The position numbers were made by a program, and so were the translations under genes. The notes under the pieces were generated by a model that was not told where the DNA came from, ran no database searches, and saw only the letters and a program-made list of their open reading frames with translations. From Octopus bimaculoides (lineage: Eukaryota), in the NCBI RefSeq assembly GCF_001194135.2, contig NC_068989.1, positions 28,616,439 to 28,649,884 of the forward strand: a DNA stretch of 33,446 nucleotides, given 5' to 3'. Shown here in pieces: positions 23,055 to 33,446 of this stretch (within the stretch, counting starts at the first letter, position 1; each line of letters begins with the position of its first letter).

Positions 23055-23290
23055 TCAATGTCTAACAGCTGACTTGGTAGAAGTCCACAAGATTATCTCC
23101 CATCTTTCCAACAGCAACTTTAGCCATCATTCTGATTTCAATACCTCTACAACTCAAGGATATGTTTGTAAAATCAAAAAACAAAGATGGCTAACAGAAA
23201 CACTTTTTCACACAACTGATGTCAATTATTAACTAGCAATTTACTGTATCCTTCAAAAATTCCATGTTACCTGAAATTTCTTACCTGCCT
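23055..23290 (+). mobile_element. Decayed CR1-like LINE 3' fragment
   Basis: ADLVEVHKIISHLSNSNFSHHSDFNTSTTQGYVCKIKKQR resembles the CR1 gDLiEvyKI...TRGH.yKl.K.R motif. Confidence 0.55.
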
Positions 23291-23878
23291 ATGCACCTTT
23301 TCTTCTTTATGGTTTTTTTACTGTTCACTTTTTGGTCTTCTTGTGTTTTATCCTGTGTAGTATGCAAAGCCACCTTAGCAGCCTCTGGGCAAATCAATGC
23401 ACTGGGTTCAACAGTATGTATTTATTGACAGCAATCCAGAGCATAAATAGATCAGAATTTGGCCCCTAGATTCATGAGGCCCCTAGGCAGCTATCCAGTG
23501 TACTCATACCTTAAGACGGCACTGGTACAATGCATGCATTTCTACCATACATTGCAGTTATTCTTTACTTACCTTATTGCAGCTTTCTGTCCCCTCTTTA
23601 CTCTTCTCTGATGAGTTATAGTCACCTCAGCTGGTATACAATAAGCTCATTATCATATTATTATTATTAAAACTTGTTTAGAAGGATGGTATAAAGAGTA
23701 AGAGTCAGTGGGATTTGAGGAAAGAGAAAAATTGTAAGCCTTTAACACAAGCACTCTATTATATTGGTCACTTCATTGCTGTAGTAAAAATCTAAACTAA
23801 TATAAATGAAGAAAAGGTAAAACAGTCTCTCTTTTACCATGAAATATGCAATAATTTTTTGTTAGTTGTGGTACTTAC

Positions 23879-23922
23879 TTTTTCAATAAACCTGACCACT
23901 GTTTACTGGCATAATCAACGAT
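23879..23922 (-). CDS. NAGLU: NAGLU short exon (44 nt)
   Basis: tttttcag|ATC GTT GAT TAT GCC AGT AAA CAG TGG TCA GGT TTA TTG AAA AA|gtaagt = IVDYASKQWSGLLK(N) (human ILDYANKQLAGLVAN). Phase 0 start matches the previous exon. Confidence 0.95.
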
Positions 23923-24335
23923 CTGAAAAACAATAGCAACATATAGATTTATATGTGGATAGATAGATGAATGGATGGGTAAGTATTCATACACACACAT
24001 ACATCGATATGTAACTATAAGGTCCAAGGATCTAAGTGTAGGAAGTTTGTAAGCTTCGAGCAGTCTGTGGTAGGTATAAAATGCAACGTTAAGGACCAAT
24101 AATAGTTTATTGGTGTCAAAGTTTGTAGGCTTTTCTCATATTGAAATTCAATAAGCTGAAAAAAATCTTTTATGGCTGATGCTTAGTAACTTGAGTTGCT
24201 ATGCATGTGAATTAAAATCCAAGATGAAGGAGTGAAGCAGGTAAAAGTTCAGGCTACATATGTTTCCTAGCTAGCAGATCCTATGATGTTCCTACTCCAC
24301 ACCCTCATTTTGGATATATATATATATATATATAT

Positions 24336-24496
24336 GCGCAGGCATGGCTGATTGATAAGAAGTTTGCTTCCCAACCACATGGTTCTGGGTTCAGTCCCAT
24401 TGCATGGCACTTTGGGTAAGTGTCTTCTACTATAGCTTCAGGACAATCAAAGCCTTGTGAGTGGATTTGGTAAATGGAAACTGAAAGAAGCCCATC

Positions 24497-24549
<53 letters not shown>

Positions 24550-24592
24550 CATATTTATGTGTATGTGTGTCTTTGTGTCTGTGTTTGTCCCC
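24336..24592 (+). mobile_element. tRNA-derived SINE, most complete copy
   Basis: gcgcaggcatggctgattgataagaag (A-box-like), ggttctgggttcagtccc (B-box-like), tggcactttgggtaagtgtcttc body, internal (TA/TG)n. Inserted after a (TA)n tract. Confidence 0.8.
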
Positions 24593-24739
24593 AAAATATT
24601 AATCATATACAAGCATACCTTGACTTAAGTCATTTTGATTTAAGTTAAGGTATGCCTGTATATGATTAATATTTTGAATATTTTGAATATCAATGGCAAT
24701 TCTGTTTTCTTCTATAATATAAATTTGACATGGGCGAGC

Positions 24740-25296
24740 GTTGTATTCTTTCTTGTCTTGAGGTTCACAGCCAAACGGCTGGGTGGATTCGCGTGAAAAA
24801 TGGCACACATGTGGAGACGGGTGCATAGATTGGAATGCAGTTTGTATTTTGTTCCTAGCCCCCATAGTTACTGAGAAAATCACAACAACCTGCATGCATG
24901 CGTGTGCATGTGTGTGAGTGTGTGTCACTGAAGCCATTCATACATAAATACATACATACATACATACATACATACATAACCTCTCTCTCTGTCAATCACT
25001 CACACATCAAACACATCAAACCCATCACTCACCCATCAAACACACACACATGCACACACATCAATCCTTCCATCTCACGCAACTTCAAAAGAACTTCACT
25101 CTTACAGCCGCGCTCTCTCTGTCTCTTTCGCTTTCATGCCGACTTCAAAAGAGCCCCTTTATTCCTCAATCACATATTAAAAAAATATTTTCACTTGTCC
25201 AGGCATTGCTATTACAGACAAATTCACAACAATTCGACTCGAGAAATAAACACAAACCACCTTGTGCTGACTGCAAAACTCCTGCCAAATTATCCA

Positions 25297-25331
<35 letters not shown>

Positions 25332-25810
25332 CCATTTCATATATCTTCTTTCAATTTCTGCTCTCTGATTAGACAACATCTAATACAATAGCTCTCAGCT
25401 ACATTTTGTTCTCTAAAAAGGTACATGTCTATTTTTCTATAAGCGTATAACAATGACTTATTCCATACTTCTCCACTTAGCTTTTATCTTCACTTTTCTT
25501 AAATTGGATATGTCTGCTATTAAGTTGCAGAACTTTAGCAGTACAGTTACAAATCATTTCTGCTTTACTTCTTACATACAATTTCCCCATAAATTCTTAC
25601 AGCTTCATTTTTTGGTGATGATTGAAATGTCAAACATTTTCTAACTGTTAAAGCAATTCTTAGCATCAACTTCTTAATGCCTCTTCTATTTCTCCTAGCC
25701 CCCATACTTACCGAGAAAATCGATTAAAACTTTTTCTAATGCAAATCCAATCTTTGTTCCGCCATTAAAACAACCAGTTGCTCACACAGCAACAAGGGAA
25801 CTACAGGATG
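24740..25810 (+). mobile_element. Possible Helitron/HINE-like non-autonomous element
   Basis: Internal duplicated motif cctagcccccata(g/c)ttac(t/c)gagaaaatc (about 24853 and 25695), an aaacggctg motif and (CA)n/(CATA)n tracts. Family assignment rests on recalled resemblance only. Confidence 0.35.
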
Positions 25811-26253
25811 ACAGTCAGCCAAAACTTTCACTATGCTGTCTCTCTTCCTTCACCTCTTTGTGGGGTTAATTATCTTCATCTTTAGTTACAGTTCCTCATT
25901 CAAACTACATAATTCGCAGAATTGTCACATTAATACAGTAGGGTGTTTTGAGGGAGATTTGGCTGCTATTTCTACCAGGTCTACCTACCATGTAGAGGTC
26001 TGAACTTAATTTTCATTCACAGGTTTGCATTTCAAAAATTTAACATAATTTTTTCCATAAATCAACTATCGTAAAAATTTTCTACCATGACCTCACATTT
26101 TCTATGTATGTGTGTGTACCTTAAAAGATGTGATTAGATAGTGGTCCAATAGAATAGTTCTCAGAAACAGACTACATACAAATTCTTTCTTCACAACTCC
26201 TTGAAGCTGTTTTCTGTGAAGATATTTTGGAAAGACTTGCACACGCACCCCAC

Positions 26254-27202
26254 NNNNNNNNNNNNNNNNNNNNNNNNNNNNNNNNNNNNNNNNNNNNNNN
26301 NNNNNNNNNNNNNNNNNNNNNNNNNNNNNNNNNNNNNNNNNNNNNNNNNNNNNNNNNNNNNNNNNNNNNNNNNNNNNNNNNNNNNNNNNNNNNNNNNNNN
26401 NNNNNNNNNNNNNNNNNNNNNNNNNNNNNNNNNNNNNNNNNNNNNNNNNNNNNNNNNNNNNNNNNNNNNNNNNNNNNNNNNNNNNNNNNNNNNNNNNNNN
26501 NNNNNNNNNNNNNNNNNNNNNNNNNNNNNNNNNNNNNNNNNNNNNNNNNNNNNNNNNNNNNNNNNNNNNNNNNNNNNNNNNNNNNNNNNNNNNNNNNNNN
26601 NNNNNNNNNNNNNNNNNNNNNNNNNNNNNNNNNNNNNNNNNNNNNNNNNNNNNNNNNNNNNNNNNNNNNNNNNNNNNNNNNNNNNNNNNNNNNNNNNNNN
26701 NNNNNNNNNNNNNNNNNNNNNNNNNNNNNNNNNNNNNNNNNNNNNNNNNNNNNNNNNNNNNNNNNNNNNNNNNNNNNNNNNNNNNNNNNNNNNNNNNNNN
26801 NNNNNNNNNNNNNNNNNNNNNNNNNNNNNNNNNNNNNNNNNNNNNNNNNNNNNNNNNNNNNNNNNNNNNNNNNNNNNNNNNNNNNNNNNNNNNNNNNNNN
26901 NNNNNNNNNNNNNNNNNNNNNNNNNNNNNNNNNNNNNNNNNNNNNNNNNNNNNNNNNNNNNNNNNNNNNNNNNNNNNNNNNNNNNNNNNNNNNNNNNNNN
27001 NNNNNNNNNNNNNNNNNNNNNNNNNNNNNNNNNNNNNNNNNNNNNNNNNNNNNNNNNNNNNNNNNNNNNNNNNNNNNNNNNNNNNNNNNNNNNNNNNNNN
27101 NNNNNNNNNNNNNNNNNNNNNNNNNNNNNNNNNNNNNNNNNNNNNNNNNNNNNNNNNNNNNNNNNNNNNNNNNNNNNNNNNNNNNNNNNNNNNNNNNNNN
27201 NN
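26254..27202. other. Assembly gap
   Basis: 949 N. The NAGLU exons on either side join seamlessly (GPDGE|IVDYASKQ), so no coding exon is needed inside it. Confidence 1.
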
Positions 27203-27688
27203 TCCGATCTGGGGGTTAGATGAAGAGGAGAGGAGAGTTGAGCTCATGTGGCACAAAGGAGCGAAGAGAGAAAATTAATCCCTGTTCACGGCGCAAGGAC
27301 AATCCAAACACGGACAGGTGTTGCAGCAAGGAGTGACCGGTAGAGTGGAAATGGCATGACGCCGGGGTGTCATTGCCAAGGCGGATGTCTCGGAGGTGTT
27401 CTGCGAATCAGTCAGCCAGGCGGTGCCCTGTTTGTCCGATGTACAGAGAAAGGCAGAGAGAGAGCAGGAGATGCAATAGTTGATGTTCGTAGAAGTGCAG
27501 GTGAAGGAGTCGGTGATGCGATAGGGTCAATGATGGGTGCCGGTGAGGAAGGTAGTGTTGGAGAGGTAAGGGCAAGTGCGACAGCGTGGGCGGGAGCAGG
27601 CTATATATATATGATAAATAATTTGGACGAACAGGTGTAAGTTGATTAGTGGGTTTAAATGTTGAGTACAGCACCAGCAAAGTTTACA
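27203..27688 (-). mobile_element. LTR-like GC-rich fragment truncated by a gap
   Basis: Minus strand starts TGTAAAC and has tatatatag about 85 nt in, followed by GC-rich pyrimidine-biased sequence. The other end is in the gap. Confidence 0.3.
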
Positions 27689-27770
27689 CTACCTGTTGTC
27701 ATCTGCAGACATCGTACAGTTTCATTGGATCTACTTCAGGAACTCTGCAGTGTCAGTTAGGGTAATTTAT

Positions 27771-28513
27771 TAATAAAATTTTATTCTGTACATTTTGACC
27801 CATCCTGCTATTGACCTTTATGTTGAATGAATTGTGCTGAGTGGGTCTTATCAGGTACATCAATAAAGTTTTGTCTCAGTACAGATCTTGAGTGTTGTTT
27901 CCCTTGTTATATGCCATCTAGTTAGGGAATGAATAAAATGCAGACATTTTATTCATTCTATTCTGGGGTGGCAATATTTAGCTTCTTTTCAGTCTCTCAT
28001 TGTAGCTATTCTGTTTTAAATAGACTACAATATTTCTTCAGAATAGAACAAATTCAGACATTTTATTCATTCTAAGGCTACAGAAATGCAAAAAATTCAA
28101 ATATGGACATGGAAATTTTGTGCTCCTGTTTAGATAAAATGACCTAATCAGCTTTTGCTGTCACAACTACTTATAGGAAAAAGAAAGTAGAAGAAGGAAA
28201 AAATAGGAAAAATAGGAAAACGAATGCTTAGTCAAGCAGTTTAGTGTTCATACATATACAGACACACACACATGCATACGCAAAATTTCCACATTCATAT
28301 TTGAATTTTTTGCATTTCTGTAGTCTTGTTTGCATTTTATTCATTCCCTAACTAGATGGGTATATAACAACAAGGGAGATGACACTCAAGATCTGTACTG
28401 AGACAAAACTTTATTGATGTACCTGATAAGACCCACTCAGCACAATTCATTCAACATAACGGACAATGACAGGATGGGTCGAAACGTACATTGTACAGAA
28501 TAAAGTTTTATTA
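27771..28513. repeat. Long, young inverted repeat in a NAGLU intron
   Basis: Arms 27771-28122 and 28279-28513. A 78-bp block (27818-27895 vs 28382-28459) is a perfect reverse complement. The left arm carries a 128-bp insertion. Confidence 0.92.
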
Positions 28514-28546
28514 CCAAATCCATCTCCTGTTATTTAATTAGTAAAT

Positions 28547-28595
<49 letters not shown>

Positions 28596-28597
<2 letters not shown>

Positions 28598-28750
28598 GAG
28601 AATGTACGAAAAAAAACAACAGACGAGGACAGGTGGTGTAAACAACAAAAGGATGTATTAGTTTGACACTCGGGAATACAGAAAGTCTTTAATGTTTCGA
28701 GCTACGCTCTTCAACAGAAAGAATACGGAGAAAACAAGGAGAAAAACACG
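28596..28750 (-). mobile_element. Short element inserted in a TA microsatellite, carrying a hammerhead-like motif
   Basis: Flanked by (TA)n-rich tracts. Minus strand 28722-28686 reads UCUUU-CUGUUGA-A-GAGC(GUA)GCUC-GAAAC-AUU-AAAGA. Confidence 0.55.
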
Positions 28751-28908
28751 AATGTATGTATATAATATATATATATATCAGACAATGCTTCATGAAAACT
28801 ATACATATATATGTATGTATGTGTTTATGTATGTATGCATGCATGTACGTATGCATGTATGTATGTATGTGTGTGTGTATATATATATATATTATATATA
28901 TGCCTTAC

Positions 28909-29092
28909 CTCTCCATCTGGTCCCCATAGTGTTACTTGGTTTCGTGCATTATATTCATAAAGTTTCTTCTCTTGGTCTATATAGCCAAGAGATTTGGCAT
29001 CTTCAAGCCATTTCCCAAGCAAAAAGTGTGGGTCTGACAATAACAGTGTGTCTAAGTCTAGAAGCAGAGATAACAAACTTTGACTCGTGCCA
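28909..29092 (-). CDS. NAGLU: NAGLU internal exon (184 nt)
   Basis: ttttttag|T GGC...GGA GAG|gtaagg. Encodes GTSQSLLSLLLDLDTLLLSDPHFLLGKWLEDAKSLGYIDQEKKLYEYNARNQVTLWGPDGE (human [20 protein letters not shown]...FYEQNSRYQLTLWGPEG). Confidence 0.97.
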
Positions 29093-30109
29093 CTAAAAAA
29101 TAGAAAATAAAAATGTTTTTCCCAGAATTATTTACTAATAGTTATAGAATGTTAATTACATCCTAAGATTTTCTCAGTGCAATTGTGTGAGGATCAATTT
29201 TCTCTTTCATATTTCTAGGATCAAATAAGATGAGTGCCAATTAAGTCCCATGCATTGATCTAAGTGTCTTTACTCTCCTTCAAAAACACTTTTGTAGCCT
29301 TTTGCAAATGTTAGAAATTAATATCTAGTTCTGTCTAATATTCTGGTTTCAAATCCACAGTAAGGTTTGTCTTTCATTGAGCCAAGATCAATAAAATATG
29401 CACCAATATGGTTCTGTGGTACAAGGTTAGAAAGACCATGTAGAGATTGTTGAGCAACAGCAAGTGATGGGCAGAAAGGAAGTTTCTAGAAAACTCAGAG
29501 ATCACTGATGACCAGGAAGCTGAAAGAAGTGGGTTGCTGTCTACCTAAGCTTCCTAAGGTTATGGATTTCAGCTGAAGGTACAGAGATTAACTAAGTCCA
29601 CCACAATTCTTCCTTTAGAATTATTGAGCTGGTGTCAAAATTAGAAAACTGAGTAATATAGTTACAAAAAAGAAAGCTCCATCACATAGCAACAAGTTCT
29701 TGGGATGGCAATATTTAGCTTCCTTTCAGTCTCCCATTGTAGCTATTCTGTTTTAAATAGACTACAATATTTCTTCAGAATAGAACAAATGTTTCACATT
29801 TATATTTCCTTTCACTATAAATTTATGTAAATCCACCCAACTATCTATTTTCTCTGCCTACCATTTCTGAGAGGGTTATGGTGGTAGAGTTCTCAGGCAC
29901 CTCCTCCATAGGGTCCTATCAAAAGCAACTACAATTACACTTTCTGGCTGGGTTTCGAAACATGACCAACTAAGACTATGGATATTATCCACCCATTTCA
30001 CCCTTGATCTACTCCTAGGTCTGCTCAGTTAGAGGAATCTGTCTTGCAGTTTTTTACTTGCAAAATTCTACTCACATGACCATAATACCAGAGCTGTGAC
30101 CTTTCAATG

Positions 30110-30790
30110 CAGAGAAGTATCAGCTTAACCTGGAAAAATTTTCTGATTTCAAAGATATGCAACCTGTCAAGAAATATCCCAGAGATCCTTCAGAGGAACC
30201 CTACTTTGGTTACTTATATTCACAATCATACTCTTTTCATCATTACCCAACGTTCACAATCTCTCTTTTCCATAATTTTTATGAACTGGATAGACATACA
30301 CAGTCATTTTGGAAGTAATATCATAATCAGTGGATGTAGGATCAGTTGACTGATATTTACAGATGACATGGTGTTACTTGACTCATCAGAAGGTGATCTC
30401 CAGCATGCATTGAACGGGTTCACTACAGAGTGCTGCAAGGTGGGGATGGAATTAGTATTGCAAAGACTGAGACATTGGTCTTAAGAAACTCTTCCCAGTG
30501 TACTTTGTATGTTAGTGGAACATTACTGAGGCAAGTGGAGAAGTTTAAGTATCTCAGTGCTATATTCATGAATGATGGGAAGCAGGAGGCTGAACTGGAT
30601 GCTAGAATTGCAAGTTCTGGCATAGTAATGTACTAGCATTTGATCCTCAGAAGAGATATAAAAGCTAAACTTGTAATCTTCAATAAAGTTTTCGTGTCTA
30701 TCCTCACCTTTGATCTTGAATGTTGGATAATGACCAAAAGCGTACAAAAGAATTATGTAAAAATTAATACATTTAATTAGTAAAATAAAT
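30110..30790 (+). mobile_element. Decayed RTE-type LINE RT fragment, antisense in a NAGLU intron
   Basis: FSIIFMNWID...CRIS*LIFTDDMVLLDSSEGDLQHALN, ISIAKTETL..QVEKFKYLSAIFMNDGKQEAELDARI. Confidence 0.8.
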
Positions 30791-30834
30791 ATTGACACTC
30801 TGTTGGTAACAACAATGAGGGTTCCAGTTGATCC

Positions 30835-31105
30835 GATCAACAGAACAGCTGGCTCATGAAATTAACATGCAAGTGGCAGAGCACTCCACAGACCCCCTAA
30901 TGTAGTTCTCAGGGAGATTTAACATGACAAAGAATGTGACAAGGCTGGCCCTTTGAAATACAGGTACTACTCAATTTTTCCAGCTGAGTGAACTGGAGCA
31001 ACATGAAATAAAGTGTCTTGCTCAGGGACACAACATGCTGCTGGTAATCAAACTCATAACCTAACAATCATGAGCTCTACCTAACCACTAAACCACATGC
31101 CTTCA
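30835..31105 (-). mobile_element. Second tRNA-type SINE family
   Basis: gtgacaaggctggccctttgaaatacaggtac...aaagtgtcttgctcagggacacaac...ctaaccactaaaccacatgccttc, with a tRNA-like head on the minus strand. Confidence 0.65.
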
Positions 31106-31178
31106 AAATAAATATCAAATAATTAATATACTTGATGAAGAAATACCAAAAACAACACTTAGTGTAAGAAAAACTTAC

Positions 31179-31283
31179 GTAAATGCATTCAGATCCCTTG
31201 TGATGTAGTTTTCAACCATTTTCTTATAGAGGAAATAATGAAGAATCTGAAGACTGTTTCGAGTCACATCAACCAAGTCATAT
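31179..31283 (-). CDS. NAGLU: NAGLU internal exon (105 nt), most 5' exon visible
   Basis: tttttcag|A TAT GAC...TTT AC|gtaagt. Encodes (R)YDLVDVTRNSLQILHYFLYKKMVENYITRDLNAF(T), matching the GH89 YDLxDxTRQ/N motif (human FRYDLLDLTRQ). Phase 2 end fits the next exon. Confidence 0.93.
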
Positions 31284-32964
31284 CTGAAAAAGACACAAAC
31301 CATATTTAATCACAAATCAGTGACCTGGATACACTTGAATATTCATATGTGGCACATGAGTGCAACATATTTACTTTGAGCCAAGGGAAGCTTCTACTGG
31401 TTAGAAATAACAACCAAGTATCCCCCAGATCATACACTAGCATTTAAAAAAAGGAAGAATACATTGCAAAACAAATAATTTAGTCCTGAATACATAAAAC
31501 ACAGTATAGTCATAGATGAAATGTCTTTGATCATAGGCCTTTTAAATCATACCTGGAGTTAAACAGCAACATGTTGATCAAGTCATGTATGAAAAGACAT
31601 GGTAATCAAACACAAGGACCAAGTCAGACAGAAGCTATAGCCAAGTACACCACATGGACAAGGTGATAAATGAAGAAGACCAAAGTGACTGACTACAGTG
31701 ATTCAGAGTGAATTACATTAGAGTAGTTTCAAAATACTCTCTCTGAACCCACACAAGGACTTGAACTCAGCCTTGAAAGGTAACAAATCAAACAATATTT
31801 CAGAGCTACCACTGCAACCATTGCTGTTGTTGTTTAATAGTAGTTTATAGCACATTACAGTACTTATTTAGACCTATGTGGATTTAGCTGCTGAAAGTTC
31901 ACTGAGCTCTGGTAGAAGATCGAGGAAAACTTAGGACATTAGGTGGAAGAACGTCATTGTGTGAAAAGATAAAGGAAGACTTAGGCTATATGGATAGTAG
32001 AGGATGCCTAAGGTTGAAGTAGACTGTGTATATGATGGAAGGAGGTGATGGAAAGTCTGTGAAATGGAAAAAGATCAAGAAAAGTTTGGATAGTTAAAAA
32101 TAGAAGATATCACTGGTAGAGAGTTGTTGCAGTTGCAAGATGTTGTGGCTGTAAGTTAGCTCCAGAAATACGTCAGCACTGATCAAACCATATGGTATGC
32201 AGATACTCAGATGAAAAATGAGGTATGACTCATACATCCATCTTTACTATCTATAGCATGTCTCTGTCTAACTAATAATATCGTATATTATTCAAGTATT
32301 GTTTTACTACTAGATGTCATTCCTGTCACAAACAGTTATCTGTTCTTTCAAGTAAAGGATTTCTTATTCCACATGTCTTTAAAAGTGCAAGATTAGTGAA
32401 TGATTTTTTGTCAGGGAAATGACAGCAACCTTCACCTTTTATAGCCCATCCACCCCTACCTTTGTCACCCCACTCACTATAGCCACCCTTATATACCTCT
32501 GACCTCCATCTGTGACACATCTACCACCCCACCCACACTCTTACACCCCACACATCATTTCCCTACATTCAGATCTGTCAACAGATTTATGATACTGCTG
32601 CTCTACACTCTTTCTGTGCTGCTGCTTGACAACTTCTACCTCCACAGCCACTTCTATCTCCTTCACCTTACCCCCTCCTCCATATTAATATTTATCATCA
32701 ATCACACCTCCACCCTTGTTCCTCACTCACTACCTTCACCTTCACCCCATCTCTAGCCATCTATTAATTTTCTCCTGCATTCTTATGAAATCACCCACAC
32801 TCCTTTCCCTCACCCCTGATCCATATTCTCTCTTATATTCAGCTTCTTGTACCTGGCATACAGTCAGGTATCTGGCATAAAATTCTCCCTCAAATACACT
32901 CTCAGGTAGTCAAGGAGACTTTATAATTCTTTTCTTTGTCTTGCACATTACAAGTGCTGATCTT

Positions 32965-33145
32965 GCAATAGAGCACCCAGTATACACAGTAAAGTGGTCG
33001 GCATTAGGAAGGGCATACAACTTCAGAAGCCATACCAAAGCTGACATTGGAACTTGACACAGTCCTGCAGATTGTCAGATCCTGTCAAAGCAACCAACCC
33101 ATGCCAGCATGGAAATGGAAACTAGATGATGATGGCAATGATGAA
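32965..33145 (+). mobile_element. Old copy of the (GAT)n-tailed SINE family
   Basis: gtggtcggcattaggaagggcat...aacccatgccagcatggaaa..gatgatgat. Confidence 0.65.
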
Positions 33146-33191
33146 TGAAGCATTCACATACACACACACGTACTTATACACACACACATTT

Positions 33192-33230
<39 letters not shown>

Positions 33231-33446
33231 TTTATGTATATATTAATATTATCTCAGTTATTAAAACCTTTGATAATTTAAATACGTTAACAGTTACCAG
33301 AGGTAGCAAAATTACACTAAAAAACAAGATATCACAGCCATTTTACAGGTAGAGATACCAAGTTAAAGTGATACATTTTGAGAAGATATGGATAATAATA
33401 ATAAATGGAGCAAAACGCATGTCAATAAAAGTTCCTTTAATTCCTA

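Noticed and set aside
23568-23650. Strong minus-strand donor (AAG|gtaagta) with a short open frame; ctgatgag on the plus strand
   Set aside because: No polypyrimidine acceptor and no NAGLU similarity; the flanking exons already join in phase. No GAAA box for a hammerhead.
24336-24410. tRNA-like A and B boxes as a tRNA gene
   Set aside because: No full cloverleaf, and the boxes continue into a SINE body found in several copies in this window.
3825-27256. Long ORFs of 150-384 aa in the track (e.g. 3825-4289, 15201-15887, 26102-27256)
   Set aside because: They are mostly X residues from N gaps and are not coding evidence.
28463-28494. ACAAUG-ACAGGAUGGGUC-GAAAC-GUA-CAUUGU hammerhead-like half
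   Set aside because: Stem I and the right half are plausible, but the CUGANGA box is absent, so it is not called a ribozyme.
31545-31600. Minus-strand AG|gtatga as the next upstream NAGLU exon
   Set aside because: The peptide (FIHDLINMLLFNSR) does not resemble GH89 and the sequence looks like a SINE tail. The upstream exon is probably outside the window.

Overview
Repeat-rich, AT-rich animal genomic DNA with five assembly gaps. The SINE/LINE/microsatellite content looks like a coleoid cephalopod, probably Octopus; this is inferred from recalled repeat families, not from a search. The only host gene I can support is the 3' part of alpha-N-acetylglucosaminidase (NAGLU, GH89) on the minus strand. 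It has six phase-compatible GT-AG exons (31283-31179, 29092-28909, 23922-23879, 22161-22104, 18963-18864, 13860-13775) ending in a TGA stop; its 5' exons lie beyond the window. The rest is decayed mobile DNA: RTE and CR1/Jockey-type LINEs, two Penelope-like GIY-YIG fragments, a mariner end, MITE/foldback elements and tRNA-type SINEs. Most ORFs in the supplied track are spurious (microsatellite, gap or TE frames). I found no novel protein-coding system. The most interesting signals are non-coding: a near-canonical hammerhead ribozyme plus two CUGUUG-core variants, several local templated-insertion scars, an RTE LINE with a twin-priming-like inversion, and long inverted repeats inside NAGLU introns. 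TE boundaries are approximate and read by eye.
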